From assembly GCA_038087875.1 (NCBI GenBank), contig JAXLNO010000504.1, positions 1-64,000 on the forward strand: DNA of 64,000 nucleotides, in the 5' to 3' direction. Shown here piece by piece: positions 37,150-50,596 of this stretch (its first letter is position 1; every line of letters begins with the position of its first letter). Source of the stretch: Malacoraja senta. Taxonomy: Eukaryota. Made by a program: the position numbers and the translations under genes. Under the pieces are notes generated by a model that worked only from the letters and a program-made list of their open reading frames with translations, did not search any database and had not been told where the DNA came from.

Positions 37150-40118
37150 CTTTAAACTAGAACGGTTGGGGGGAGGGACTCAAATAGAGAAAGATGGTAG
37201 AAAATGTGGGAGGCAGGAGGCAGAGAAGGGAAGCACTCAGACCCAAAATGTAGGGGAGAAAGAAGAAAAAGATAATAAACAGAGAATAAGTGGTGGTGGG
37301 TTTCTTAAATGTGTATATTTTAATGCTAGGAGCATTGTAAGAAAGGTGGATGAGCTTAGAGTCTGGATTGACACCTGGAAGAATGATGTTGTGGCGATCA
37401 GTGAAACATGGTTGCAGGAGGGCTGTGATTGGAAACTAAATATTCCAGGATTTCGTTGCTTCAGGGGTGATAGAATTGGAGGGGCAAGAGGTGGGGGTGT
37501 TGCATTGCTTGTCAAGGAAGATATTACAGCAGTGCTTTGGCAGGATAGATTAGAGGGCTCGTCTAGGGAGGCTATTTGGGTGGAGCTGAGAAATGGGAAA
37601 GGTGTAGCAACACTTATAGGGGTGTATTATAGACCGCCAAATGGGGAGCGAGAATTGGAAGAGCAAATATGTAAGGAGATAGCAGATATTAGTAGTAAGC
37701 ACAAGGTAGTGATTGTGGGAGATTTCAATTTTCCACACATAGATTGGGAAACAGATTCTGTAAAAGGGCTGGATGGTTTGGAGTTTGTAAAATGTGTGCA
37801 GGATAGTTTTTGCAGCAATACATAGTGGTGCCTTCTAGAGAAGGGGCAGTGCTGGACCTCCTGTTAGGAAATGAGACCGGGCAGGTGGCGGAGGTAAGCG
37901 TTGGGGAGCACTTCGGGTCCAGTGATCACAATACCATTAGTTTCAATATAATTATGGAGAGGGTCAGAACTGGACCTAGGGTTGAGATTTTTGATTGGAG
38001 AAAGGCTAACTTTGAGGAGCTGCGAAAGGATTTAAAAGGAGTGAATTGGGACATGTTGTTTTATGGGAAGGATGTAGAAGAGAAATGGAGGACATTTAAA
38101 GGTGAAATTTTAAGAGTACAGAATCTTTATGTACATGTTCAGTTGAAAGGAAATAGTAAAAAGTGGAAAGAGCCATGGTTTTCAAGGGGAATTGGACTCG
38201 GTTCGGAAAAAGAGAGAGATCTACAATAATTATAGGCAGCATGGAGTAAATGAGGTGCTTGAGGAGTATAAAGAATGTAAAAAGAATATTGAGAAAGAAA
38301 TTAGAAAAGCTAAAAGAAGATATGAGGTTGCTTTGGCAAGTAAGGTGAAAGTAAATCCAAAGGGTTTCTACAGCTATATTAATAGCAAAACGAAAACAAG
38401 GAATAAAATTGCTCCATTAGAGAGTCAGAGTGGACAGCTATCTGCAGAGCCAAATGAGTTGGGGGAGATACTGAACAATTTCTTTTCTTCGGTATTCACC
38501 AAGGAGAAGGATATTGAATTATGTGAGGTAAGGGAAACAAGCAGAGCAGCAATGGAAACTATGAGATTCGAAGAAGAGGAGGTGCGGACACTTTTGAAAA
38601 ATATGAAAACGGATAAGTCTCCAGGTCCTGACAGGATATTCCCGAGGACATTGAGGGAACCTAGTGTAGAAATAACAGGGATTATGACAGAAATATTTCA
38701 AATGTCATTAGAAACGGGAATAGTGCCGGAGGATTGGTATACTGCGCATGTTCTTCCGTTGTTTAAAAAGGGTTCTAAGAGTAAACCTAGCAATTATAGA
38801 CCTGTTAGTTTGACGTCAGTGGTGGGCAAATTAATGGAAAGGATACTTAAAGATAATATATATAAGCATCTGGATAAGCAGGGTCTGATTAGGAACAGTC
38901 AACATGAATTTGTGCCTGGAAGGTCATGTTTGACTAATCTTCTAGAATTTTTCGAAGAGGTTACTAGGGAAATTGATGAGGGTAAAGCAGTGGATGTTGT
39001 CTATATGGACTTCAGTAAGGCCTTTGACAAGGTTCCTCATGGAAGGTTGGTTAAGAAGATTCAATTGTTGGATATTAATGGTGGAGTAGCAAGATGGATT
39101 CAACAGTGGCTGAATGGGAGATGCCAGAGAGTAATGGTGGATGGCTGTTTGTCAGGTTGGAGGCCGGTGACTAGTGGGGTGCCTCAGGGGTCTGTGTTGG
39201 GTCCACTGTTGTTTGTCATGTACATCAATGATCTGGATGATGGTGATGAAAATTGGATTAGTAAGTATGCAGATGATACTATGATAGGTGGTGTGGTGGA
39301 TAATGAAGTAGATTTTCAAAGTCTACAGAGAGATTTAGGCCATTTGGAAGAGTGGGCTGAAAGATGGCAGATGGAGTTTAATGCTGATAAATGTGAGGTA
39401 CTACATCTCGGCAGAACAAATCAAAATAGGACGTACATGGTAAATGGTAGCGAATTGAGGAATGCAGTTGAACAGAGGGATCTAGGAACAACTGTGCATA
39501 GTTCCCTGAAGGTGGAATCTCGTGTAGATAGGGTGGTAAAGAAAGCTTTTGGGGTGCTGGCCTTTATAAATCAGAGCATTGAATATAAAAGTTGGGATGT
39601 AATGTTAAAATTGTACAAGGCATTGGTGAGGCCAATTCTGGCGTATGGAGTACAATTTTGGTCGCCTAATTATAGGAAGGATGTCAACAAAATAGAGGGA
39701 GTACAGAGGAGATTTACTAGAATGTTGCCTGGGTTTCAGCAACTAAGTTACAGAGAAAGGTTGAACAAGTTAGGTCTTTATTCTTTGGAGCGCAGAAGGT
39801 TAAGAGGGGACTTGATAGAGGTCTTTAAAATTATGAGCGGCTTAGACAGAGTTGACGTGGATAAGCTTTTTCCATTGAGAGCAGGGAAGATTCAAACAAG
39901 GGGACATGACTTGAGAATTAAGGGACAGAAGTTTAGGGGTAACATTAGGGGGAACGTCTTTACTCAGAGAGTGGTAGCTGTGTGGAATGAGCTTCCAGTG
40001 GAAGTGGTGGAGGCTGGTTCGATTTTATCCTTTAACAATAGATTGGATGGGTATATGGACTGGAAAGGAATGGAGGGTTTTGGTCTGGAAGGGTTATGAA
40101 CGGAGGGTTATGGTATGG
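37150..40118 (+). mobile_element. Long CR1 LINE (nearly complete ORF2), 3' end truncated at the inversion breakpoint
   Basis: EN motifs (YFNARS, AISETWL, YYRPP, GDFN, SDH) across two frameshifts, then a 635-aa RT frame. Lacks the normal 3' tail. Confidence 0.95.
38192..40099 (+). pseudogene. CR1 ORF2 reverse transcriptase portion
   Basis: [36 protein letters not shown]. Out of frame with the upstream EN domain. Confidence 0.9.
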
Positions 40119-41344
40119 CCACCCAAACCACCCCTCCCCAGGTACTTTTCCCAGAAACCGCACGAGATGCAACACATGTCCCTGTATCTCCTCTCTCGAT
40201 CCCAGAGACCCCGATATCCCATGCAGGTGTGACAGAGGTTGACGTGCACCTCCTCTAACGTCATCTCTATGGAATTATCTGTCACAGAAGGCAATGGAGA
40301 CAAATTCACGGTTTGTTTTCAAGAAAGAGTTAGATATAGCTCTGAGGGTTAAAGGAATCAAGGGATATGGGGAGAAAGCAGGAACGAGGGTACCGATTTT
40401 GAATGATCAGCCAAGATCTTATTGAAGGGTGGTGCTGGCTCGAGGGCCGAATGGCCTATTTCTACACTTATTTTCTATGTTTCTATATTTCTATCTACTG
40501 CATCCAGTGTTCCCGATGTGGTATCATGTACATCGGCGAGACCTAGCGTAGCCTCGGCGACCGTTTCGCCGTACACGTGCGCTCGTTCCTCCAACTATAC
40601 TGGATCTCCCGGTTGCTAACTTTTTTAAGTCCCCGTCCCATTCACATACTGACTTTTCTGTCCTGGGCCTCTTCCATTGCCAGGTTGCAGCAAACTGTAG
40701 GTACAGCGCCTCATATTCCATGTGGGTAGCTTACAATCCAGAGTGAGAACAGTGAATTCGCGAATTTAACGTAACTGACGGAATAGATTTAAGAGAGTTA
40801 GATAGAGCTCTCGGGGCTAGTGGAATCAAGGGATATGGGGAGAAGGCAGGCACGGGTTATTGATTGGGGACGATCAGCCATGATCACAATGAATGGCGGT
40901 GCTGGCTCGAAGGGCCGAATGACCTCCTCCTGCACCTATTTTCTATGTTTCTATGTTTTGATGTTTCTATGACAACCTCTTCTCCCCTCTCCCTTCTACC
41001 CCCACCCTCCTCTGTGCCCCACCTGGGCTCGCACCTATTTCTCCTCTCCCCCCTCCACCTACATGCCATTCTCTCGCGTCCCAATTTACAACTCTTCAAT
41101 CCTTTTATCTTACAGCTTGTTTTAAAAAAAGCCGTTGTCTAACGAGCTGCCGATGAACCCACCCCTCCCCCTCCCCCCTTCTCCCCTGCCCCTCACCCTT
41201 CCCCTCTCCCCTCCCCATCCAGCTCCCCATCCTGCCCCCCCCCCCCATTCTCCCCTCCCCTCCGCACTCCGCCCCTCCCCCTCCAGCTCCCCTTCCCCCT
41301 TCCCCTTCCCGCCCTCCTATGTTCACATATTACTTGCCAGGCTT

Positions 41345-41785
41345 GGCGATCGTTTCGCCGAACACCTGCGGTCGGTCCGCAATAACCAACCTGAACTCCC
41401 GGTGGCTCAGCACTTCAACTCCCCCTCCCATTCCGTATCTGACCTCTCTGTCCTGGGTCTCCTCCATGGCCACAGCGAGCAACACCGTAAATTGGAGGAA
41501 ATGCGCCTCATATTCCGCTTGGGCAGTCTACATCCTGGTGGCCTGAACATTGAATTCTCCCAATTCTGCTAGCCCTGGCTGTCCCCTCCCCTTCAACAGC
41601 CATCTGGTTGTCTCCACCCCTCCCCCAGCCCTCGGGCTCCTCCTCCGCCTTTTCCTTTTTTCCTTTCTTCTCCCCACCCCCTATCAGTCTGAAGAAGGGT
41701 TTCGGCCCGAAACGTTACCTATTTTGCCTTCGCTCCATAGATGCTGCTGCACCCGCTGAGTTTCTCCAGCTTTTTTGTGTACCTT
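41345..41785 (+). mobile_element. Penelope 3' fragment (GIY-YIG C-terminus plus terminal repeat), present only in the right arm
   Basis: LGDRFAEHLRS..VAQHFN..LEE..LIFRLGSLHPGGLN. Bounded by ctt at 41342-44 and 41783-85. Absent at ~3812 in the left arm. Confidence 0.88.
41683..41722 (+). ncRNA. Penelope-type minimal hammerhead ribozyme-like motif
   Basis: CTGAAGA-A-GGGT ttcg GCCC-GAAA-CG-TT: core boxes, stem II and palindromic AACGTT stem III. Stem I pairing is weak. Confidence 0.6.
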
Positions 41786-41918
41786 TCTCCCTGGCCCTCC
41801 TCGCTTGCCGCTTTCTCCGCCCCTCCCCCACCCCCACCCCTCTTCAATCAGTCTGTAGAAGGGTCCCCACGGAAACGTTACCCGCGTTTCCCAGGGTTGC
41901 TGCCTGCCCCGCTCAGTT

Positions 41919-42291
41919 AAGGTCCTGTCCCATGGGCAGGCGATTCCAGGCGGTAAGCGCGGCGTAGCATGAAGTGGGGTCCGTGCGGCTGCCGCGCGGG
42001 TGCCACCGTACAGCCTGTCCCACGAGCATGCGGCAAGCGCAACCTAACCGGAAGCAGTTGCCGCGAGGAGGCCGTGTTTACCGTACGGCCTGTCCCACGA
42101 GCATGCGAATGCATGCGGCGAGCGCGGCGTCGGGGGATGACGTCATCGCGCAACGCAACGTGCAGTGTCGGGACCAACTACATACGGCTCCGGCGATCTG
42201 CGTGGGACCGACCCCGCGGCCCCCGCGCGGTCCCCACTTCCTGCTACGCTGCGCTTACCGCCTGGAATCGCCTGCCTGTGGGACAGGCCCT
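41919..42291. mobile_element. Harbinger-type MITE (right-arm copy of 3185-3681, internally deleted)
   Basis: Same TIRs, ~120 bp shorter. Confidence 0.85.
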
Positions 42292-43175
42292 TTACTCTAA
42301 CACTTTGCTTTTGAAATATTCGCTGTGGCTCAGTCCGAGTTCAGGGGGCATGTGAGGGGCCCAGTGAGATACTCTGTTCATCATACTATCGTCCAGTGAG
42401 CGCAGCCCACAGGCCGCTCGGTTGTGTGCGGTTCCCCATTCAACTGCTGATGTCCGATGTTTCACCCATAAGGTGCCGCTGGTGGGCGGAATTTCAATCA
42501 GTGACATGTTTCACGGCGCAGCCCGTAGAGCTGCTGCCTCACAGTGGTCTGTGTGCCATCTTTCAACGTTTCCCCTCTAACCGGGTGGGTTTCCCCCGGG
42601 TGCCCCGGTTTCCTCCCCACCCATAACACGTGCAATGGTTAATTGGCCTCTGTAAATTACCGCAATTGTGTGGGGAGTGGATGAGAGAGTGGGATAACAT
42701 GTGGCGCAGCGGTAGATTTTCTGCCTTGCAGCGCCGGAGACCCGGGTTTGTTATCTGTTTGGAGTTTGTAGGTGCTCCTTGTGATCGCGTGGTTTTTCTC
42801 CGGGCGCTCCGGCTTCCTCCCGCATTCTAAAGTCGCATAAGTTCGCTGGTGAACTGGCTTCGGCTAAACTGTAAAATGTCGCTAGAGTGGAGGATTTTGC
42901 TGGTACACGGGGCGATCGCTGGTTGGCCCCCAAGGGCCTGTTTCTTCATTGTTTTTGTAAAGTCTAAAGTAAAGTCTAAACATGCAACTGGAGTAAACAA
43001 GAGATTGAAGAGATTCAAGAGACATTTATTGTCACATGCACCAATTGGTACAGTGAAATTTGGGGTCACCATATGGCCATACGAAAATAAACATAGAAAC
43101 ATAGAAACATAGAAAATAGATGCAGGAGGAGGCCATTTGGCCCTTCGAGCCAGCACCGCCATTCATTGTGATCAT

Positions 43176-43458
43176 ATAACCATATAACCATATAACAATT
43201 ACAGCACGGAAACAGGCCATCTCGACCCTTCTAGTCCGTGCCGAACACGTATTCTCCCCTAGTCCCATATACCTGCGCTCAGACCATAACCCTCCATTCC
43301 TTTCCAGTCCATATAACTATCCAATTTATTTTTAAATGATAAAAAACGAACCTGCCTCCACCACCTTCACTGGAAGCTCATTCCACATAGCCACTACTCT
43401 CTGAGTAAAGAAGTTCCCCCTCATGTTACCCCTAAACTTCTGTCCCGTAATTCTCAAG
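43176..43458 (-). mobile_element. CR1 3' fragment present only in the right arm
   Basis: (atataacc)n tail on +, TCAT duplicated at 43172-75 and 43459-62, empty site at ~2303. Confidence 0.9.
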
Positions 43459-45140
43459 TCATGGCTGATCATCCCCAATCGATAACCCGTGCCTGCCTTC
43501 TCCCCATATCCCTTGACTCCACTAGCCCCTAGAGCTCTATCTAACTCTCTCTTAAACCCATCCAGTGATTTGGCCTCCACTGCCCTCTGTGGCAGGGAAT
43601 TCCATAAATTCACAACTCTCTGGGTGAAAACGTTTTTTCTCACCTCAGTCTTAAATGACCTCCCCTTTATTCTAAGACTGTGGCCCCTGGTTCTGGAGTC
43701 GCCCAACATTGGGAACATTTTTCCTGCATCTGTTTGTCCGGTCCTTTTATTATTTTATATGTTTCTATAAGACGCCCCCTCATCCTTCTAAACTCCAGTG
43801 AATACAAGCCTAGTCTTTTCAATCTTTCCTCATATGACAGTCCCGCTATCCCAGGGATCAATCTCGTGAACCTACGCTGCACTGCCTCAATCACAAGGAT
43901 TTCGTCCTCAAATAAGGAGACCAAAACTGTACACAATACTCCACAAAACTGTACACAATAAAGAACAAAACACCCCTGCTCAGCGGAATCAAATTTTCCC
44001 ACTGTGAGGGAAGGCCCAAAGTTCAGTCAACATCCTCTTTGATGTTCTTTGATGTACACCCATGGTCGGGGCTTTCCAGCCCTCCGCAGTCGCCGCTACG
44101 TGTGGCCCGATGCTCAGGCCCTCTCGCCGGCATGATGGAACTCCGACGTCGGAACGGGAGAACAATCTCAGCGGCTTGGACCTCCGAATCGGCCACTTCC
44201 TACCGGAGTCAGCGGCTCCCGAACGCCACAGGCCGCGTCGAGCGGGGACCCGCGCTGGCAGCCCTCTGCAAAGGGCCCCAGGGCAGCGCAATGTTGAAGT
44301 CAGCGCTGGAAGTTCTTCAAACCACAGCCCCGCGATGTTGTTGCAGCAGGCCCAGCACTCCGGAGCTTCAACGGTGATCCCAGGTGCGGCATCGCCCGCT
44401 CCGCGATGTATCCAGCGCTGCGCCGCCGCTGCCGGAGCTCTGGTCCGGACTTCGGCAGGAAAGGTCGCTCCAATCCAGGTGGTAGACTGCAAGGAGGAGG
44501 GCGAGGACGCGACTCGGAGAATAGTCGCGTCCTCACCAGGAGGCGACTGGGAGACGGTTTCCCCCTTATCCTAGCCCCCTCCCCCACATAGAAAAGCTAA
44601 AGAACCTTCCTCAACATACTTTTAAACAAACTAAAAAATTTTAAAAGGATGGAAAAAACGGACAGATTGTAGGCAGAGGCAGCCTTCATGCGGCGCCCGC
44701 TAGTGACCACAGATGGTCGGCGTGGACTCGGTTGCACAAATTTATATTGTTTTCTGTGGAGCTTTGGAGGCTGAGGGGAGATCTGATAAAGTATATAAAA
44801 TCATGAGTGGCATAAATAGAGTTTATAGTCAGAACCCTTTGTGCACGATGGAAATGTCAACGACGAAAGAGGTACAGCTTTAAGGTTTGAGGGATAAATG
44901 ATAAGAGATGTGCGGAGCACGTTTTTCTTTTGTTACACAATGTGTGCTGGGTGCCTGGAACGCACTGTTATGTTCGTGAAGGCAAATATGATAATGGCAT
45001 TTAAGAAGCCTTTAGCTAGGCACAAGGACATGGAGGGAATGGTTCGTGTGCAGTCAAGGGAAATTAGTTTAACCTAGCATCATGTTCGACACGGATATTA
45101 TGGGCCGAAGCGCCAGTTCCTGTTCTATGCTTCATGAATC

Positions 45141-45658
45141 CTCGTGGCTCCAAATCGGCGCAGCCCTGTCGACTTCAGGTGCCACGGACTCCGCTGGGAA
45201 ACCGGCCGTTCCAGCCGCTCCGAGGACTCTCCCGACGGCCAGGAACGTCGGGCCTCCGTAGAGGCAACTGTGGAGGCCTCATTGGGCCTGACTCTGGGGA
45301 GAACTGGGTTGGGGACTGGACATTGTGCCTTCCCCCACAGTGGTGGTCATTGTGGGGGGATGATTTTGTGTGATGTGCCTGTGCCTGTGCCTGTCAGTCC
45401 GTGTACAAGATGGCGATCGGAGGGGAGAGTGGTCGCTGGCGCGAATTGGTCGCCGCTGCTCTCTCCTCAAATTGTGTTTCTTATTTTCTTTTGGTGCTTT
45501 TGAAATTGAATTCTGTCCTTGATTTGTGTACTGTCGTGTTTTTTTATTTAATTTATTCCGATTATGTGTTTTTTTTGTTTTGTTGTGATTCTATGCATTG
45601 TAAGGTGTCCTTGGGTTTTAGAAAGGCGCCAGTAAATAAAATGATTATTATTATTATT
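45141..45658 (+). mobile_element. 5'-truncated GC-rich retroposon with L2-like (ATT)n tail, present only in the right arm
   Basis: 7-bp TSD ATGAATC (45134-40 and 45659-65), empty site at 611-617. Ends taaggtgtccttgggttttagaaaggcgcc..aataaaatg(att)n. Confidence 0.88.
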
Positions 45659-48299
45659 ATGAATCACTGACACCTCGAGAAGCTTAATTAAATTCCAAGC
45701 CAGCATACACTGGTCAGCACAACGTCATGGGAGCAGGAAATTACGCTGTGATTCGGAGTGAACAACCAGTGATATCAATAGAGTAACTCAGCGGCGAGGC
45801 GAGTGAGTGGAGAGGCCGCGTAGGTGACAGTGGGTGACGGGCTGGAGAAGGAACTGCGATTCAGGTCAGTGCTTAATAGGTAAGTGGTACATCTCCCAAA
45901 TACAAGTTGGAAACTGGGCTGCGGTTCTGGGAATCCATCAGAATAATTACAAATGGGGTCGCGGGGAAGCATGACATGGATTCCAGTTTTTGTGAAATGG
46001 TTCAAGTGATCGGGCAAAAATTATTGACTGATCAAAATGGTAGATTTATTCTTATAGCAAACTTTCAGGGGGATTCATTATTCACAGAACCAATCATCGG
46101 CGGCCCATCTGCAGCGCAATGTGAAGAAGCTACGTTTTTGGAGGTCGGCATGCGGACATTGAAATTATGAAATCATGTGAAGGCCTTGGGTCGGGGCACG
46201 GCGATGGGCTTAGTATTCTGACGTAATTTGCAAGCTTTCGTGGCGAACCGCGCCTCCGAATCACCGCATCCTTCACTGGAAACGCGATCTAATTAATGGA
46301 AGAGTAAAAACCAACAAGCACTAGAAGTACAACGGGAGTTCCGCGGCTGAAACCACCTGCCCCAGGGGAAGAGGAGCGAGGGCAATCCGACAGCATCTCC
46401 TGTCAGGTTCCGTGACTCCAGGAGACCAGACCGCGCAGCACGTGGAGATTTCTATCCTCTATGGGAATTGATTGAACCAAATGACGTCTCACAACAGTCT
46501 TCTCAAGCTACCAAATGACATAGAGTGTCAGCGTGGAAACTGGCCCTTCAACCCAACTTGCCCACGTCGACCAACATGTCCAATCTACACTAGTCATACC
46601 TGCTTTCGATATGTCGATATTTCTCCAAACATTGATGCGAGTTCCCCAGAGACAGGGGTAGGGGTTACATCCCGGTCTCCTTGTGAATCACCTGGAGCAG
46701 GATAAGAATCCATCATTTTCTTCCGTGTTATTGGTTGAGATTTCATCGTCGCTGCCCAGGCCAGCATTTATTACCTGTCACCAACTGTCCACTAGGTTGC
46801 ACTGCGCCGTCTTCGTGGTCCGTTGTTGTTGTTCTTCTGAGCATGCCCCACGGTGCAGTTGGGAAAACACCTACTAGAGATGTCGACGGACACTTACTAG
46901 AGATCGTATGAAACCTCGAGTGGATTCTGCCTTTTATGTGTTCCAATCCCATGCATCTCCTGCCCTTCATATCCGTGGTTCATTAGGTTACTAAAGCGCA
47001 TCGGTGTCATAGGATTGACTGCTACACAGGTGTGGCAGGAAATAGAATGGATGCGCTACTAATCAACCAATAACTTGGACACAGTCTACCGTCTGTGGCG
47101 TTATAAGGGAAATAACTCGATCAAACTCGATTTACAGAAGAACTTTGGGATTGAAGGACATGTGTCACTCGCCGGGCGTTGTTTGCCCTCTGAGCTGTTC
47201 TGATATTCGTTGTCTTTGGGCGTTTCGGTTACTTCTAATTTTGATACAGGCCTTGGTGGTCAGTGACACGGCGATGGCAATGCCGCGACAATTAATGGAA
47301 AGTTGATAGATCTTCCGACGTTCGTAGTGATCATTGTCTGGACCATTCATGTCGTGAAGTTAGCCATCGCTTTACGACGGAATAAAACGCGAAAGTCGAA
47401 ATACAGTATTCGGTGTCATAAGAAAGTCGCAGTGAATTAGTGTAAAGCGAGAAATCAAATGAATAATATACATAAAATGAAGACTGGGATATTGCACGAG
47501 GAAGCACGAGCATCCAGCGCGCTGGGACAGGACAGTTCGGTCAGCGGCAGGTTATATGTTGCTCTGAATGCAAGCAGCCACCGACGCGGCCAAAGGCGAA
47601 TCATCAATTTAATTTGCACTTGGGACTGGAATAGTGGGTGATCGATGATGGCCGGACATTGGCGCTTGAAATGAATGCAATGTCTGGGTTGGCATTAAGG
47701 TAAACCAAACAGACGATAAAAACGTGTTTTATTTTGTTGAAGGCAGTGAAATTACAGGCTCCTGCATGCCCCCCCCCCCCCTCGCCACCACCCCCCCCCC
47801 CCCCCCCCATAGAAGCAGAGATACGCTGCCCGACCTGTTGTTGGTGGCCATCAAACATACGGCATTGTAGGCAGAGGGTCGCAGGGACAATGCGACTGCC
47901 GTCTCGGTGACTCAAGGGTGTACGTGGCCGTCTTTGTTCAGTATGAACGCTGACGGTCTCCACGTCGCCGAGGGTGTCACAGCCCAAGGTGATGGTGGCT
48001 GGAAGTCACGATCTCTGCAGTTGTGGGTAGCGGTTCAAAGGCCCGGGATTGCCCGCAGAGAGCCACAGTCAGGGAGATTGCGGGGGAGGAGCATCATCAC
48101 CTGGCATTAAGGTTCAAGGATCAGGACAGCCGGAATCACTGGAACGGGCGAGATCAGAAGCTGTAGTTGGTTGACGTCCGGGAGATGACAATTGGAGAAT
48201 TGGTTCGCAGTCGTTGAGTCAGCGGTACCTTGTAAATGAAGTACAGAATGTGAGACGCCGCAGCCAAATTGAGACACCGTGGTTCACCCGGGACTGCTC

Positions 48300-49207
48300 T
48301 CAGTGGGTGGAACTACTAATCAGCCGCACTACCCTTGTGACCGGATACTTCACCGCACGCTTCAACAGCTCCCTGAACTTGGACTGAGTCGCCGCGTAAA
48401 TAAATGTGTTGGTGCAGCAGCTGCCGTTTCTCAGCCAATATCCGACTTGTCCAAATATCTTATCAGAATCGCTGGTGTCTTCTCCCGTGTCTCTGGTCTG
48501 AGTGTAGACGAATTCCACAACGTACGGCAGCCACAAGTGGATAAAACTGCCCGAGAGGGTGAAGAGTAAAACCACAGACCTCCTCCTGCTCTCCATCTCC
48601 GGGTCACTGCAGTTCTGATCTTTGCTCTGACCTCTCAGCCTCTTCCGGACTCGGCTGGCAACTAAAATGTGCCGGACTGTCAGAGCGTTGAGGAAGAGAA
48701 TTGCAACGAAAGGGAGGAACGGCGTTAAAACACGGTCGAACCAGCCAACTGCCACCCACCCGGGATCAGTGAAAGAACTTGGGTTCGGGAAGCAGCCCCA
48801 CGCTACACCGTCGATAATCTCCCCAGGAATGTAGGTGAAGTAGTGGGGGACGTTTTTCAGACAGAGCAGAACGCCGGTTGTTGCGAGAACGACAGTCGCT
48901 GTCTCGCCCGTGCAATATTTGGTTCTCAGGTTTTGGTAGCAAATGGCGACAGAACGATCAAAGGTGAAGGTGACGGTGAACCAGACAGACCAGTCTGTGG
49001 CTGACCGGCGCAGAATGCGGATGACACGGCACACAGGGGTGATGTCCAGGAAACTCACCGGGAAATAATATTTATTGAGCTGGCTCAAAATGACCGCAGT
49101 GTTAATGATCAGTAGATCCGCCGCAGCCATAGCCACCAGGTAGCGAGTTGTGCAGGTAGAGAGGCCGCACTTTCCCCTGGACAGGATCACGATTGCCACG
49201 ACATTCA
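48300..49207 (-). CDS. Class A GPCR (GPR139/GPR142-like), gene 2, exon 2
   Basis: Intact frame collinear with gene 1 (FDRS in place of FDRY; NTFIY). Phase-1 acceptor ctaat...tctttttccAG at 49209-49208, at the same codon as in gene 1. Exon 1 not found in the window. Confidence 0.9.
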
Positions 49208-50296
49208 CTGGAAAAAGACACTTGGTATTAGTTGCAGATTCATACCGCAATGCGGTCCGGCCAATGGAGAAATGACCGTCCGACCAATTCGTCCATGTCG
49301 ACCAATTCACCCCAACTAAACCGGCGCCGGCCCATATCGCCCAAACTTTATTATCCATATAACTGTCCAAATGTCTTTTAAATGTTGTTATTGTACCTGC
49401 CTAAACAATTTGATCTGACAGCGTTTTGCATATACCCACCATGCGTGTAAACGTTGCAACTCAGAATCGTATTTTCCCTTTCCCCTCTCACCTTATGTAC
49501 GAGAATTCTTGATGCCCCTATTGTGGGAAAAGGATTCGTCATCTATTCGACTCACGATTTTAGACATGATAGCAATACCGTTAGAATACTGGTCTCAAAA
49601 TAATACAGCCCTAAAATACTTAATCTGTCCCCATAGCTCTTGAATTAATGCTATTGAATAGCCCATTGAATTCATTTCCACATATCATGTCCCACTGAAT
49701 TAATTTCCACATATCGTGTGCCAGTGAATTAATTTCTTTGTACGTTACGTCGAACAATCACGGTTCCAGGCGTACACTGGACCTATCCCCGAACTCTACG
49801 TTCGCTACATTGACGACTGCATCGGTGCTACGTCCTGCACCCATGCAGAACTCACTGACTTCATCAACTTCACGACCAATGTCCATCCTGCACTGAAATT
49901 TACTTGGACCATCTCCGACATCTCACTGCCGTTTCTATATCTCACCGTCTCCATCACAGGAGCAGACATCTACTATAAACCCAGTGACTCCCATAGGTCT
50001 CTAGACTACACTTTATCCCACCCTGCTTCCTGTAAAATCCCTATCCCCCACTCCCAATGCCTCCGTCTACGCTGCATCTATGCTAAGGATAAGATTTTCC
50101 ATACCAGCGCATTGGAGATGTCCTCATTCTTTACGAAACGGGGGTTCCCCTTTCCATTGTAGATGAGGCTCTCACTTGGGTTTCCTCGATATCCCGCAGC
50201 TCGGCTCTTGCTCCCACTTCCCCAACTCGTAGCAAGGATGGAGTCCCCCTTGACCTCACCTTCCAACCCATCAGCCATCGCATACAGCATATAATC

Positions 50297-50500
50297 TGTA
50301 GATGATATATGCATGTGCCTTTAACATAGTGACCTCATACCTACTAACCACTCCCCATATCACAAGTATAACTACAACCTCCCCACCCACAGATCGCTCT
50401 CTAGTTCCTGTGACAGACCACGTACAGCTAGTGCAATATGTAATGCTCCAGTATGAATAAAGATAGTAAAGTAACGATGTCTCGTTAAATCTTCTTTACA
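50297..50500 (+). repeat. 5' LTR
   Basis: One mismatch to the 3' LTR by eye (aaat vs aaag). Confidence 0.97.
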
Positions 50501-50596
50501 TGGTGTCAGACCACTTACCTTGCGCCTCCTGTCTATCGGTTTATCATTTAATTTTGTCCCAGTTTTTTGTTTCCCCTGCCTTCTCATTTCCTCGTT

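Larger units (their letters stand above)
40119..46275. repeat. Right arm of the inverted segmental duplication
   Basis: Reverse complement of 1-5031, with three arm-specific insertions and an internal deletion in the MITE. Confidence 0.97.

Noticed and set aside
42701..42760. tRNA-like sequence (also 60140-60218)
   Set aside because: These are SINE heads with A/B boxes followed by the V domain, with no complete cloverleaf.
46222..46290. Octamer-like and PSE-like motifs suggesting an snRNA gene
   Set aside because: No recognisable snRNA sequence follows, and the motif matches are weak.
49208..49370. 54-aa N-terminal extension of the 356-aa GPCR ORF (MDSYMDNKVWAIWAGAG...)
   Set aside because: It starts at a TTG, reads through the splice acceptor into repeat-derived intron sequence, and does not supply the first half of TM1.
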